DNA of 64,000 nucleotides from a phage: NCBI GenBank assembly GCA_026683435.1, contig GCA_026683435.1_4866.1; one strand, 5' to 3'. Shown piece by piece: positions 39,019 to 47,834 of this stretch (position 1 is its first letter; each line of letters starts with the position of its first letter). The notes under the pieces were generated by a model. It saw only the letters and a program-made list of their open reading frames with translations, ran no database searches and was not told where the DNA came from. The position numbers and the translations under genes were made by a program.

Positions 39019-39411
39019 ATGGCGATATCTATTAAAGACGTCAGAAACCGCGTCCAGATAGTCGAAGCTAACATGGCGACAGGCCCCCGTATCGACGCGC
39101 AAGTGGCCTCTAAAGCCCATAATGCGGCAGACCGATTTGGGGGTTGGACGAAAGCACAGCTAGATTGCGGCGGGACATGTTCTTGGACGTGCTCTAACGG
39201 TTGCTCGCATGGCTGTTCGAGCTGTTCAGGAAGCTGTTCTGCTTCTTGTATCGGTAGCTGTTCTTCGACGTGTGGCGGTAACTGTTCTGGTTGCTCTGGT
39301 TGTTCTGGTGGTTGCAGTAGTAGCTGTACCGGTAACTGCTCAGGTGGTTGCGGGGGGGCTTGTTCTTCCAATTGTTCCGGAGCCTGCTCCGGTGGCTGTT
39401 CAGGTCGCTAA
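39019..39411 (+). CDS. Cys/Ser/Gly-rich small protein A (putative rSAM substrate/precursor, 130 aa)
   Basis: SD AAGGAAG; N-terminal 45 aa non-repetitive (MAISIKDVRNRVQIVEANMA...), then core DCGGTCSWTCS... with 21 Cys in C-x2-4-C spacing. Confidence 0.6.
   Translation: MAISIKDVRNRVQIVEANMATGPRIDAQVASKAHNAADRFGGWTKAQLDCGGTCSWTCSNGCSHGCSSCSGSCSASCIGSCSSTCGGNCSGCSGCSGGCSSSCTGNCSGGCGGACSSNCSGACSGGCSGR
39166..39408 (+). repeat. low-complexity codon repeat (TGC-TCN-GGN) encoding the Cys-rich core of A
   Basis: Imperfect 9-15 nt repeats; they generate long ORFs in several frames and on the opposite strand. Confidence 0.6.
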
Positions 39412-39421
39412 GGGGGATTAA

Positions 39422-39826
39422 ATGGCAATTGGATTAAAAGAACTGAATAACCGATTAAACACGATCGATGCAAACGCTTTAAAGAACACCACGAATGTGC
39501 AAAACTACATTCGCAATAAAGCTACGAATAACGCCGACTTGTTCGCAGGTCAAGGTCGTTCGCACTACGACTGTGGTGGTACGTGTTCTTTTAGCTGCTC
39601 AAGTTGCTCTGGCGGCTGCACAGGGTCTGCGACAGGTGGTTGTGGGTCGACTTGTTCCGCAAACTGTGTATCAGGCTGTAGCAGCAGCTGCACGGGCTGT
39701 AGCTCTTCGTGCTCTGGTGGTTGTAGCGGCACGTGCACAGGCAGCTGTTCTGGGGGTTGTGGTAAATCCTGCTCCGCAAACTGCTCAGGTGCGTGCTCTG
39801 GTGGTTGTTCAGGTCCTAACTCCTAA
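39422..39826 (+). CDS. Cys/Ser/Gly-rich small protein B (paralogue of A, 134 aa)
   Basis: SD AAGGGGGA; leader MAIGLKELNNRLNTIDANAL parallels A; junction SHYDCGGTCSFSCS; 20 Cys. Confidence 0.6.
   Translation: MAIGLKELNNRLNTIDANALKNTTNVQNYIRNKATNNADLFAGQGRSHYDCGGTCSFSCSSCSGGCTGSATGGCGSTCSANCVSGCSSSCTGCSSSCSGGCSGTCTGSCSGGCGKSCSANCSGACSGGCSGPNS
39583..39817 (+). repeat. low-complexity codon repeat encoding the Cys-rich core of B
   Basis: Same TGC/AGC/GGN repeat character as in A. Confidence 0.6.
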
Positions 39827-39841
39827 CTGACGGAGGCTTAT

Positions 39842-40048
39842 GTGATCAGTCTCAAGACTATTCGAAACCGTCTCGTTACGGTAGAAGGTTACATTACAAC
39901 CGCACAGGCAAACAACTATATTGCTAACCAGGGCACCGTGTCGACCACAAATAACCTGGCTGGCTTACCGCTTTCTCACTATAACTGTAATGGTGGGTGT
40001 AGCTGGTCCTGCAGCGGAAGCTGTAGCCGTGGAGCGGGGAATCGATAA
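39842..40048 (+). CDS. short Cys-rich paralogue C (68 aa, GTG start)
   Basis: GTG at 39842 preceded by GGAGG; leader ISLKTIRNRLVTVEGY parallels A and B; junction SHYNCNGGCSWSCSGSCS with only 5 Cys. Confidence 0.5.
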   Translation: MISLKTIRNRLVTVEGYITTAQANNYIANQGTVSTTNNLAGLPLSHYNCNGGCSWSCSGSCSRGAGNR

Positions 40049-40070
40049 CAGAAAACGTTCGGAGTATTAA

Positions 40071-40958
40071 ATGAAAAACGATTTGCATCTTGCGTATAAA
40101 ACCACATTCAACCACCCGCTGCATCTATCTTCCCCAGATTCAGTGCGTGCACACCTTGCTGACAAAGTCAGACTGATTGCACAGATTCCTGGTGAGTGGC
40201 CAAAGGTTCGTGGTCGCTTCTTGACCGACAAGAAGAACTACACCGTAGAAAATACGTTTAAGATCCGTGATATGGTTGCAGAGGCCATCGTTATCTTTAA
40301 CGGCGATGGTAACTCTCGTGGCGTGTTAGTCGACGGTAAGTATTTCTTCAGTGAAGGGATTTTGAACAACAGCGTCGATTTAGAACTGATGTTTACACCG
40401 TTTGACGAACTTGAAGCAAAACCGATGGCGCGCCGTTGGTGGAGTCCGGACTATCTGGGCTCGTTCCCTTACTACTTTGTACTGGTACCTGCCGATACGG
40501 AAACGTATTTCGACACCGAACCATACATCGATATCGAGGGGTATAAAGAACTCGGCATCACCCGTTTAGCGGACATGATGGCGTATAGCTATAAGTTCGT
40601 GTGGGATAAAAAGCGTTCTGTCTGGTATGCGCTGACTGACGATTTTGAAATCACCAAACGTATTCGTAAGCCGTGGATGCAACACCTGGTTCAAACCCGA
40701 TATGGGGATTACCCGGCGACAGAAGCGGACTTGAGTAAGCTGGTAAGCTTCCTCTTAACAAAGGTGGATTTAACGAAAGAAGAAGCAGAAGCTGTTTCTG
40801 AGATTCGTGGTCGTTCGGTAACGTTGGCCGATTTGAAACGTCTGAACGAAAGACACGCCGACCTGAACAAAATTTTAGCTGCCTATCACGACCCGATGTT
40901 ACTGGTGCCTGGCGCTAATGTAGACGAAGATCCTTTATTCGCCATTGATTATATTTAA
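40071..40958 (+). CDS. hypothetical protein (295 aa) within the rSAM module
   Basis: SD GGAG; lies between the Cys-rich genes and the rSAM genes; no motif recognised. Confidence 0.55.
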   Translation: MKNDLHLAYKTTFNHPLHLSSPDSVRAHLADKVRLIAQIPGEWPKVRGRFLTDKKNYTVENTFKIRDMVAEAIVIFNGDGNSRGVLVDGKYFFSEGILNNSVDLELMFTPFDELEAKPMARRWWSPDYLGSFPYYFVLVPADTETYFDTEPYIDIEGYKELGITRLADMMAYSYKFVWDKKRSVWYALTDDFEITKRIRKPWMQHLVQTRYGDYPATEADLSKLVSFLLTKVDLTKEEAEAVSEIRGRSVTLADLKRLNERHADLNKILAAYHDPMLLVPGANVDEDPLFAIDYI

Positions 40959-40980
40959 AAATATACTGGAGCAACCTGCA

Positions 40981-41895
40981 ATGACAGATCAAGTAGAATC
41001 CAGGATCTCGTCTGAACTGTACGACAAACCGTCAATTCTGTCGGTTGTCGCAACTTCTAAGTGTAACTTAGACTGTAGCTTCTGTGGAGGGGCTTATTAC
41101 ATGGATAGAGAAGATACTTCTCGTGAGTTTCAACGTGAAGAGATTCTCTCGATTTTAGAGAAGAATCCGGATATCGGTGAGATTCATTGGACGGGCGGTG
41201 AGCCGCTGTTAGCGCAGCGTAAGATTGAAGACTTCGTGAACGAGTTGAAGGAGTCTCATCCTAACCTCCGTCATCACATGTACACCAACGGTTTAAAGAT
41301 GCGTAAATCACATCTGCCGTTGCTGAAACAGTTCGACCTTATCTTTGTGTCCATTGACGGCTACAAGAAGTCGGAACGTCCGTTTATGAACTTTGTAAAC
41401 GGTGGTAATCACGAAGCGCTGGAAGTGCTGTACGAGCTGGACAACTATTACACCTGGGGTGTGATGACGCGTGACCAGTTAGGCGATAAACGCTGGTACG
41501 AAGATTTCATCGAGCTGCACCGAGCAATCTATCATTACCGTCCAGGTGGTGTGTCGTTGTTGTTTGATGCGATGATGCCGAAACCGTTATCGCCAGACCA
41601 CGTCATGAACTTCATGTACGGGTATTGGAAAATACTCGACAATATCGAACGCCTTAACATGCAGAACGATTCTGAATGTGGGCTTGCGATCAGTAAAATG
41701 TTCGATACCGAGTGCAACACGTGCAGTGAAGTGCTGTGGCTTAACGCCGACGGTACGCAGGAGCAAATTCAGAACGCCCCAGAGATATTGGAAGTCGGCT
41801 GTAATCGCCTGGCGCGTTCTATCGGCGTTGATGCGTATAACTACATCAACCGTGTAATTTCTGCTAAGCGTAAACGGGCGGCGAACAATGAGTAA
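40981..41895 (+). CDS. radical SAM enzyme 1
   Basis: ORF track 40945..41895; ATG at 40981 with SD GGAG; CNLDCSFCGG (CxxxCxxC) near N-terminus; GGEPLL SAM-binding motif; additional C-terminal Cys (ECNTCSE, VGCN). Confidence 0.7.
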   Translation: MTDQVESRISSELYDKPSILSVVATSKCNLDCSFCGGAYYMDREDTSREFQREEILSILEKNPDIGEIHWTGGEPLLAQRKIEDFVNELKESHPNLRHHMYTNGLKMRKSHLPLLKQFDLIFVSIDGYKKSERPFMNFVNGGNHEALEVLYELDNYYTWGVMTRDQLGDKRWYEDFIELHRAIYHYRPGGVSLLFDAMMPKPLSPDHVMNFMYGYWKILDNIERLNMQNDSECGLAISKMFDTECNTCSEVLWLNADGTQEQIQNAPEILEVGCNRLARSIGVDAYNYINRVISAKRKRAANNE

Positions 41896-43216
41896 TAGCG
41901 AACAGCAAATCCAGTACACACCACGCACGTATCAGGTTGTGACTAACCTGTCATGTAACCTGGACTGCGAATACTGCTACGAGCGTAAATATCCGCGTAA
42001 CAACAAAGTAGCAGACGTGATTGATTTTATCCACGCTTGTTTCGAGCGTGATAAAGATATCCCGAACGTTGAAGTCATCATCGATATCATCGGTGGTGAG
42101 CCGTTCATGCAGCCTAAACTTCTTTTGGCGGCCTTTGAAACCGCAGAGAAGTTATGCGCAGAACACAATCGCCCGTATATGTTCAGTATCTCCACGAACG
42201 GTACGCTTCTGGACCGTCCGCTGAACAAAGAAATTATCGAGCGCTGGAAAGACAAACTGTCTATTGGGGTCTCCATCGATGGTTTACCTGAAGTCCATGA
42301 CAAATATCGTATCTTTACCACGACGCGTGAAGGGTCGTACGAAGCTGCGGTACGCGGTTACAATTATCTGAAGAGTGTTGGCATCGCTGAGCTGGGCGTA
42401 AAGGCGACGTTTACGATCGATACATTGCCGCACTATGCCGCCAGCATGAAATCGTTAATTGACATGTCCGGCGGTGGTACCATCTCTGGTAACGTAACGT
42501 ACGAAGATATCCTGCCGCGCCATATGGCGTTGGATATCGCGAACCAGATGATGGACGTGATGGACTACTGGATTGAGAAGGGTCTGCACACCAACCCGCG
42601 TAACACGATTACACACATCATCCCGGATGGCCTGAACTTTATGGCAACTTGGGACCCGGATTGGCGTGACAAACTCTTACATGACGACTCTGTTCGTCTC
42701 GACCCAGAACGCCTGAAACCGTACTGCGGTACGTTGACGCACATGACCTGTCTCGGCTTTGATCGCAAGATTTACGGTTGTAACCGTTTCATGTCCACGG
42801 TAACTTCCCGCTCTGCTGTAGCAGAACTGGTCGGTCGTGAGTTTGTGAGCCTGGACGGTGGTAAGCTGTTAGAAGAGATTCAAACGCAGTACACCAACTA
42901 CCCAGAAACCTGTTTAGGGTGTCCGATGAAACACAGCTGCGGTAGCTGCGCAGCAGCATCGTACGAAAACGGTGAAGGTACACTGGAAGACCGTAAAGCG
43001 TATCATGCCGAGCGTCGTCAGTGTGGTTGGACTACTGCGAAGCTGATGGCGGCGGAATATTGGTATCAGAAAACTGGTACGACCCGCGCATCAGATTTGC
43101 ATGATAAATCCATGTGCTATTGTTCACGTTGTGTACGCCAACGTGCTGAAGCAGAAAAATTACAAAACGGAGCCCAGAATGAAGTCAATACTGATTCACA
43201 ATTTTACGAAGCGTAA
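41888..43216 (+). CDS. radical SAM enzyme 2 with SPASM-type C-terminal Cys cluster (peptide-maturase-like)
   Basis: CNLDCEYCY (CxxxCxxC); GGEPF; ISTNG; YRIFTTTREGSYEA; C-terminal YCGTLTHMTCLGF...YGCNRF and CLGCPMKHSCGSCAAAS (CxxCx5CxxC). Start overlaps rSAM1 stop by 8 nt. Confidence 0.7.
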   Translation: MSNSEQQIQYTPRTYQVVTNLSCNLDCEYCYERKYPRNNKVADVIDFIHACFERDKDIPNVEVIIDIIGGEPFMQPKLLLAAFETAEKLCAEHNRPYMFSISTNGTLLDRPLNKEIIERWKDKLSIGVSIDGLPEVHDKYRIFTTTREGSYEAAVRGYNYLKSVGIAELGVKATFTIDTLPHYAASMKSLIDMSGGGTISGNVTYEDILPRHMALDIANQMMDVMDYWIEKGLHTNPRNTITHIIPDGLNFMATWDPDWRDKLLHDDSVRLDPERLKPYCGTLTHMTCLGFDRKIYGCNRFMSTVTSRSAVAELVGREFVSLDGGKLLEEIQTQYTNYPETCLGCPMKHSCGSCAAASYENGEGTLEDRKAYHAERRQCGWTTAKLMAAEYWYQKTGTTRASDLHDKSMCYCSRCVRQRAEAEKLQNGAQNEVNTDSQFYEA

Positions 43217-43745
43217 ACTGCACTTGGTCGATCGCTTCCTGCGCAAAAGCAAGCTGTACAATGTGCACGCAATTGTGGCAGGGGAAGACTTCACTGATGA
43301 AATCCAAAGCCTGTTGATTAAATACGGGCTGAACGTGATGATCCCGGTCTACTGCGTTGAGAAAGGACACGAGTCTGTCGCGGAAATCGAAAAGCGCAAT
43401 CCTGGCTTTGAGAAGCGACTGCTCGCATACCCACGCCACAAAATCGAACTGCTACGTCATTCCATCGATGAAGCCAGTCCTGAAAGTTTAGTGGCTTTGG
43501 GCTTGTCTTTCCCGCGGATGCGTATTCGTAACTTACGCTCCAATAATCCGGTCGACGCGTATTACACAGAGCGTCAAATCTTCGAAGAACACCTGCTCCC
43601 GCAGTTGGAAGAAGAAGAGCAACACAACATTTCTGTGTTGTGGGCCGGTAACCTCGATCAGGACTTCCAGATGCTGGACTTCGGTTTGTTGTTAGAACTT
43701 GGCCTGATTGAGGAGGACGAATGTCTGTTACTGACAAAAGCTTAA
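43179..43745 (+). CDS. hypothetical protein (~188 aa)
   Basis: ORF track 43101..43745; ATG at 43179 with SD GGAG; overlaps the end of rSAM2. Confidence 0.45.
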   Translation: MKSILIHNFTKRKLHLVDRFLRKSKLYNVHAIVAGEDFTDEIQSLLIKYGLNVMIPVYCVEKGHESVAEIEKRNPGFEKRLLAYPRHKIELLRHSIDEASPESLVALGLSFPRMRIRNLRSNNPVDAYYTERQIFEEHLLPQLEEEEQHNISVLWAGNLDQDFQMLDFGLLLELGLIEEDECLLLTKA

Positions 43746-44392
43746 CGAACGAAGAGATCCGCGCCCGTTATTTCCAGCGTGATTTGCCGATTGATCGTCA
43801 CGGTAATTTCATGGAACGAATCGGTGCGCAGGATCAGGGTCGTACCGGATTTTGTGCATTACTCCATTACCATCTCATCGAAGGGATGTCTGATAAAGAA
43901 GCCCTGGCACGTATGAAGCTGTATGAGATGTCGGAGATTGAAGCTAACTTCACATTGAAACGCACGAAAGAGTTTATTGCTAATGTGCTGGAGATTGACC
44001 TCGACGAAATTCGCGGGAATCTGAAATCCACCGCACGTTACATTTACGAAGACGTGCAGAAGATGCTGTTGGAACTTGACCACCGCTACGAAGATGAGCG
44101 TCATGGTTATATCGAGTTTGAAGGTAGCCACTTTCAAGCCGATGAATCGTCGCGCGCCATCCTCGGTCAATACATTCAGGCAGATACCGCACCAGAATAC
44201 TGGCTCGATACGCTGAATACTAAGCACAGTCCGTTTACAGTAGACCAATGTAAAGCGTTGTTGGGCGCTATTGTTGCACGCGACCAGGTGTTGCACTCAG
44301 CAATGGCAGATAACAAACGCCAAATCCGTGAGTTAGCTGAAAAGCGCGATTACACCGGTTTAAAAACATTGTCCGAATCACTCGGCATGTAA
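43721..44392 (+). CDS. hypothetical protein (223 aa)
   Basis: SD GAGGAGG; last gene before the bidirectional terminator. Confidence 0.55.
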   Translation: MSVTDKSLTNEEIRARYFQRDLPIDRHGNFMERIGAQDQGRTGFCALLHYHLIEGMSDKEALARMKLYEMSEIEANFTLKRTKEFIANVLEIDLDEIRGNLKSTARYIYEDVQKMLLELDHRYEDERHGYIEFEGSHFQADESSRAILGQYIQADTAPEYWLDTLNTKHSPFTVDQCKALLGAIVARDQVLHSAMADNKRQIRELAEKRDYTGLKTLSESLGM

Positions 44393-44409
44393 GCAAAGAA
44401 AATAAAGGC

Positions 44410-44450
44410 CCTACCTCCCCGAAGGGAGGTAGGTACCTTTTATTTATTTC
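44410..44450. terminator. bidirectional rho-independent terminator
   Basis: CCTACCTCCC / GGGAGGTAGG stem with loop CGAA, A-tract before and TACCTTTTATTTATTT after; between convergent genes. Confidence 0.7.
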
Positions 44451-44472
44451 TTAGAAACTACTAATTGCTCTG

Positions 44473-45021
44473 TTACACGACAGTGTGACCTTCGCCGCCG
44501 AATCCGCCCAGTTCACCGTTGGTGGTGCTCAGGTCAGTTTTAACGATTGGCTGCGTTACAGTATAAACTGCAAGGCTGGCAGGTTGGTATTTAATGTGGC
44601 CTTCTTTCACCTTAACAGTGATGACTTTCTCACCACTGCTGCCGTCCTCGCGTGTAATGGTGAGTTCAGACAACGCAAACGCATCTTCCGTTTCACCGTC
44701 GCCAAATAGTTCTGCGTTGACAAAAGCAAGCACTTCTTCATCGGTATCCCATTCTGCCTGGTCAGCGGTAACTGCTTTCGCACCGATGATGTTCGATGAA
44801 TCGAGGCGGGTATAATGCAGCTCTTTCTCGCCAGTAAAGTTAGCGGATTCCGCGGTGGCAGTGATGGTGAGTTTGGAGTTGCGAGTGTCTCCAGAATCTG
44901 CTGGTGAATAGTCAGCAACAGCGCCGAATGTAACGTCAGCAGAAGTTAACGGACTAGACAGTCCGCTGTTTGCAGCATTAAACAGCGCGACGAGTTGGTC
45001 TTTTGCAGAGATGACTGCCAT
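44473..45021 (-). CDS. N-module family protein (182 aa), short member
   Basis: N-terminus matches the shared ~75-aa module of the 47.9-64 kb array; C-terminus ...TTNGELGGFGGEGHTVV resembles the NGELDGF tails of 53991..55409 and 57366..58778. Confidence 0.55.
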   Translation of the reverse strand: MAVISAKDQLVALFNAANSGLSSPLTSADVTFGAVADYSPADSGDTRNSKLTITATAESANFTGEKELHYTRLDSSNIIGAKAVTADQAEWDTDEEVLAFVNAELFGDGETEDAFALSELTITREDGSSGEKVITVKVKEGHIKYQPASLAVYTVTQPIVKTDLSTTNGELGGFGGEGHTVV

Positions 45022-45144
45022 GGTTGTTTCCTTATAGTAGGTTTGTGGTGCATACTAAATCGTTCTAAAAACAACATAGTGGGCTTAATATGACAGTAAA
45101 GTTGGCTGTTAAACGAGAAAGTTTTTACCACTGAAAGGTACTCT

Positions 45145-45636
45145 ATGAAACGTCTATTTATCGTATTCGCGATTATAAACCTGTTGGCCGGTTGTGTTCA
45201 GTCGCCAAGCAACATAGGACAATTTAGCGCCACACCAGTAAAGAATCACGACTTGGTGATTTATACATGCACAGGGACGCAGGAGAAGTTTGTAGACTAC
45301 CGTCCGGTACTGGACAACCTACAAATGATGCCGCGGTCAGTAACAGTAATGGATGTGGGTGCAAACTGGGTAGCAGCGTGGGACGGTGGCAAACTAGAGT
45401 CACCGATGATGTTTAAAGATACAATTGGCAAAATCGACGGGAATGTTAACACCACCACAGGTGAGCGTTATTACCGTATTAATAAAACCGTAAACGATAG
45501 CCCCACTTATTCTTTTTCGGATGTGAACCCGTATACCGGCGAAGGTAAAGGGATGACATTCTTTCGCTGCAGCAGCGGGTTTATCGGTGAAGTTCCTACT
45601 CCGATTACGATTGTTCCGTTAGAAGAAAATAAATAG
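45145..45636 (+). CDS. lipoprotein (163 aa)
   Basis: MKRLFIVFAIINLLAGC: signal peptide with lipobox LAGC. Confidence 0.55.
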   Translation: MKRLFIVFAIINLLAGCVQSPSNIGQFSATPVKNHDLVIYTCTGTQEKFVDYRPVLDNLQMMPRSVTVMDVGANWVAAWDGGKLESPMMFKDTIGKIDGNVNTTTGERYYRINKTVNDSPTYSFSDVNPYTGEGKGMTFFRCSSGFIGEVPTPITIVPLEENK

Positions 45637-45639
45637 TGT

Positions 45640-45680
45640 TTACCCACTCCCGTAAGGGGAGTGGGTAAGGGCTTTATTTA
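45640..45680 (+). terminator. rho-independent terminator
   Basis: TTACCCACTCCC / GGGAGTGGGTAA stem followed by GGGCTTTATTT. Confidence 0.55.
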
Positions 45681-45761
45681 CCCTCTAAAACGCTCTGTAA
45701 CGCTCTCTAAGCGCATTAAACGTATCAAATGATAAATGATATTACTTTTGATTAAAGTGGC

Positions 45762-46277
45762 TTAGATTTTAACTAGCTTGCTCCAATCGATGGGTTGTTG
45801 CTTAACCACTTTAACGGTACCACGTGTCGGTGACCAGAAGGTGATATCAGGCTGGTTGCGTACGTCAACATGCAGCCAGGTAATATCGCACTCGATAAAG
45901 TGAATAAACGGAAACTCGTTAGGGTTCGCGGCAATATAGTCGTGTACTTTCTGCAACGGAGTATCAAGCATTGTTGCATCAAACGCATTACCGAATTTAT
46001 GCATACTGCCCGATTCGGCGTACAGTTTGTTTGCACGAGTTTGCCAATCGCCACCCTTTGGTTTCTCTTGATTAATAAAGAACTGCAGGGTACGCAGACT
46101 ACGCTGTTGCTGGGAACTGGTTAAAATCACCATCCGCCCAAAACGATTACGAATCTGTTGGAGCGAGATTAGCAGTAACGGATTAAGGAAACGAATAGCA
46201 CCTTCGCCGTATTTCGCGATGTACTCCTGCGGCATCAACTCTTTTAACGCGAAGTTGGCAGGATTCGGATGAAACAT
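45762..46277 (-). CDS. M15-family (VanY / L-Ala-D-Glu peptidase-like) zinc peptidase, putative cell-wall hydrolase
   Basis: SGSMHKFGNAFDATM (S-x-H-x2-G-x-A-x-D) and WLHVDVR (second His/Asp) fit the M15 zinc-ligand motifs. Confidence 0.5.
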   Translation of the reverse strand: MFHPNPANFALKELMPQEYIAKYGEGAIRFLNPLLLISLQQIRNRFGRMVILTSSQQQRSLRTLQFFINQEKPKGGDWQTRANKLYAESGSMHKFGNAFDATMLDTPLQKVHDYIAANPNEFPFIHFIECDITWLHVDVRNQPDITFWSPTRGTVKVVKQQPIDWSKLVKI

Positions 46278-46286
46278 TTTCTCTCC

Positions 46287-46928
46287 TTAAGGGGCAGTCA
46301 GGAACGCACGTTTGATATTCAAATACTGCACGTTTACCGGTTGCCCATTAGTAATGTCAACACGTTCGTGTTCAGGAATCGCTAACGTACGCGACGTTCT
46401 AAAGAACAGGTAGTTGCGATTATAGGACAACGTCTTTTCTACCGGCCGGCTATAAACCACTTTAGAGTTATCGTCTACATAGGACGGCCAACCAAACTCG
46501 TGAACGGCACGGTAGAAGGACTTACGAATAAAGGTGTCAACGCCTAATGCCTCCATGATGCGTAAGAACATCAGGTCAGCGAATGTTTTGTCGCAAGCAC
46601 GAGATAGATTACCTTCAACGGTGTCAGGGTAAAAGCCTACCGATGAACGTTTCTGGTAAAACAAATCATGCACACAAGCGGCAGCAGCCCAAGGCCCATC
46701 CGGATGCAGGATAGGACGTAACGCTTCTGGAATGCTTGCCAGGTCCGTCACAAATCCTTTCGGTACCGTTACCCATAACGGGGTATCCGGATGCACACCT
46801 GCTAATGCTACCATCGCATCCATTCCGGCGTGTTCACGATAGAGGCTGCGCAACGTAAACTCGAAATGGAAATCATCCGTGAGGATAAACCACGGCTTCT
46901 CTAACAACTTATACTTAAGTGCTTCCAT
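46287..46928 (-). CDS. DUF1353-like protein
   Basis: VPKGFVTDLASIP matches the characteristic G-F-x-T-D-x-A-S-I-P motif of DUF1353. Confidence 0.45.
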   Translation of the reverse strand: MEALKYKLLEKPWFILTDDFHFEFTLRSLYREHAGMDAMVALAGVHPDTPLWVTVPKGFVTDLASIPEALRPILHPDGPWAAAACVHDLFYQKRSSVGFYPDTVEGNLSRACDKTFADLMFLRIMEALGVDTFIRKSFYRAVHEFGWPSYVDDNSKVVYSRPVEKTLSYNRNYLFFRTSRTLAIPEHERVDITNGQPVNVQYLNIKRAFLTAP

Positions 46929-47216
46929 ACTGACCTCACGTCATATAACGCACGAGCATCGTGAGGACCATTAATCCCAGTAAAATGGGCATTAAGCCTT
47001 TCGGCCAGTCGTCGTTGTCGTATTGCATGGCTTTACCCTCCGACAGAAGATCGCGCGTAATAGTTTGAAGAACCCAGAATCGTAATACGTTTCCGGAACG
47101 GTTTGTACTTCGGGGAACTTAGGCGGAGTTGGACGGTGGGTCATTACGTTTTCTCCTTGCGGCAAAAACAAGGGCGCGCCAGATAGCTTTCATTAAGGCA
47201 GCAAACCAATTCTGTT

Positions 47217-47834
47217 TCATTTGCACATCCCCAACTTAGCCACGTAGTCTGGCATTTCCTGATAGACGCGGCCATACCAGCCGTAAGTAAACTCTTCGTT
47301 ATCCTCACGCCCTTCACTGATTTCCGTGTAGTACGCAACCTGATGACAGGTTAAAGCGAACATCAGTCGATTCAGGCCCTCTTCCCCACGGGCTTTGATG
47401 AAGCCTTCTAACGCTGTTAACGTACGTGGCCCGATACCACCATCGGCATCGATATCATCGTATAGTTTACCCTGACGGTTTAATACGTTCAGAATACGTT
47501 GCAGGGACTTGATACAGTTACCGCGTCCTGCGTTGATGCCGAAGTCAAACATCCGGTCAGCTAGCAGGACATTCATTTTCATAATCTGGTCTAAGCGCAT
47601 CCGCTGCCACCAGAGCTTGTTGTAAATGTCTAACGCGATTTCTAAGCTCAGGTCACGCATATCCCCTTTATAGCCATATTCTCGCGCAGTGAGTTCAGTG
47701 ACACCGCGGTTCGTTGCTTTGCCCAAATCTTTCGGGTTATTAACGTAACCGGCTTCGATGTTTACTTTGGCACGAATAATGCCCTCTTTACTCCAACGAT
47801 CGACCACGATAACCTCCTGAGTTGATAGGGTCAT
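47217..47834 (-). CDS. GH108-family endolysin (lysozyme-like) with C-terminal peptidoglycan-binding region
   Basis: EAGYVNNPKDLGKATNRGVT...FDFGINAGRGNCIKSLQRIL...DADGGIGPRTLTAL matches the GH108 EGGY..D.GG.T..GIT / D..N.G...A.K.LQ / DG.IGP.T pattern. ORF track starts at 47870, but that N-terminus would be encoded by the upstream terminator hairpin; ATG 47832-47834 preferred although it lacks a clear SD. Confidence 0.6.
   Translation of the reverse strand: MTLSTQEVIVVDRWSKEGIIRAKVNIEAGYVNNPKDLGKATNRGVTELTAREYGYKGDMRDLSLEIALDIYNKLWWQRMRLDQIMKMNVLLADRMFDFGINAGRGNCIKSLQRILNVLNRQGKLYDDIDADGGIGPRTLTALEGFIKARGEEGLNRLMFALTCHQVAYYTEISEGREDNEEFTYGWYGRVYQEMPDYVAKLGMCK

Noticed and set aside
39006-39371. 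Minus-strand 121-aa ORF (MEEQAPPQPPEQLPVQ..., PEQ-rich) antisense to Cys-rich gene A, plus plus-strand alternative-frame ORFs 39209..39421 and 39495..39830 and minus 39591..39779
   Set aside because: These are artefacts of the TGC/TCN/GGN codon repeat, which stays open in several frames. Only the Cys-rich frame has SD sequences at each start and a conserved non-repetitive leader shared by three consecutive genes.
39166-39817. Short tandem repeats that could be mistaken for a CRISPR array or VNTR
   Set aside because: Repeats are 9-15 nt, imperfect, in-frame codon repeats inside ORFs, with no spacer-repeat architecture or cas genes.
47144-47338. 64-aa minus ORF overlapping the 3' end of the endolysin gene
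   Set aside because: Lies in an alternative frame of the GH108 gene, is Cys/Arg-rich with no start signals; likely spurious.
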